From assembly GCA_977016875.1 (NCBI GenBank), contig CDRNST010000035.1, positions 310,001 to 374,000 on the forward strand: 64,000 nt of DNA. The letters run 5' to 3'. A program made the translations under genes and the position numbers. This stretch comes from Pavona decussata (taxonomy: Eukaryota). Under the pieces are notes generated by a model. That model saw only the letters and a program-made list of their open reading frames with translations. It searched no databases and was not told where the DNA came from. This document shows, piece by piece, positions 63,396 to 64,000 of the stretch. Position 1 is the stretch's first letter, and every line of letters starts with the position of its first letter.

Positions 63396-64000
63396 GTTCT
63401 GAAAGTAAATACACAATATTCAAAGTTATTTATTCAATTTATCACCAGATTAAATTACTTGCTTGGCAGAAAAAAAATTACATTTCATGGCCTGGTACGT
63501 CGATTGCTGATCATTTCTTTTCCGCACGCAGGGTATTAAAAAATTTTCGGATTTCAATTGTCATACAATTGCTACAATGTAAACACCAGTTCATCCATAT
63601 TGAAGATTAGAATAATGTAAGCAAATAAGTAGATAGTGAACTTAAAGTAACAACAAAATAGTCTAATCCTCATGTGTACGGGAATTCTAAAACAGTAAAA
63701 CAGGTACATGAGGTATGAAGTGGCATTCAAAGTCCACTTCTGTATACTTTCTCAGCAACAATCGACCCATTTCAGAAATTCATTGTTAACACATGATTAA
63801 TCCTTTTCTTGAGATTCGACATGGCAATAAAATAGTCAATTTGCATGTATCTAGTCTGACTATGTTGATTGCCGCCTTTCTTTCACGTTGCTTAATTTGG
63901 GAAAACAAATTAAGGCAAATTGATTTAGACCGCCGTTTAAGATAATCAAAAGACCCATCCATGTATTTGTTTGGTAAGAGGTACATTTTGATAAGAAGAA

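Overview
AT-rich, intron-containing animal genomic DNA. It is inferred to be cnidarian, probably a stony coral, from gene content and repeat style, and it has two assembly gaps. I reconstructed five spliced genes by hand from GT-AG sites and phase matching. (1) A + strand ankyrin-repeat protein (745-7927, 5' end possibly outside the window) ending in a polybasic CaaX tail, KKKSVCPIQ. (2) LMO4 (- strand, 4 exons, 164 aa). (3) A BMP-type TGF-beta ligand (- strand, 2 exons, 380 aa) whose mature domain has only six cysteines and lacks the inter-chain dimerisation Cys. (4) A divergent TRPC-family channel (- strand, 7 exons, 746 aa) ending in a PDZ-type STKL. (5) An unassigned single-pass membrane protein with a long, disordered, Tyr-containing tail (- strand, about 331 aa). 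LMO4 is flanked by about 12 kb and 23 kb of apparently gene-free DNA. Introns carry many non-autonomous DNA transposons and LINE tails, plus a Penelope-like element with inverted terminal repeats bearing hammerhead-like motifs, whose GIY-YIG motif is split by a nested LINE. I cannot demonstrate a wholly new biological system. The best candidates for novelty are the six-cysteine BMP, the LAT/PAG-like orphan membrane protein, the prenylation-tailed ankyrin protein and the atypical TRPC.
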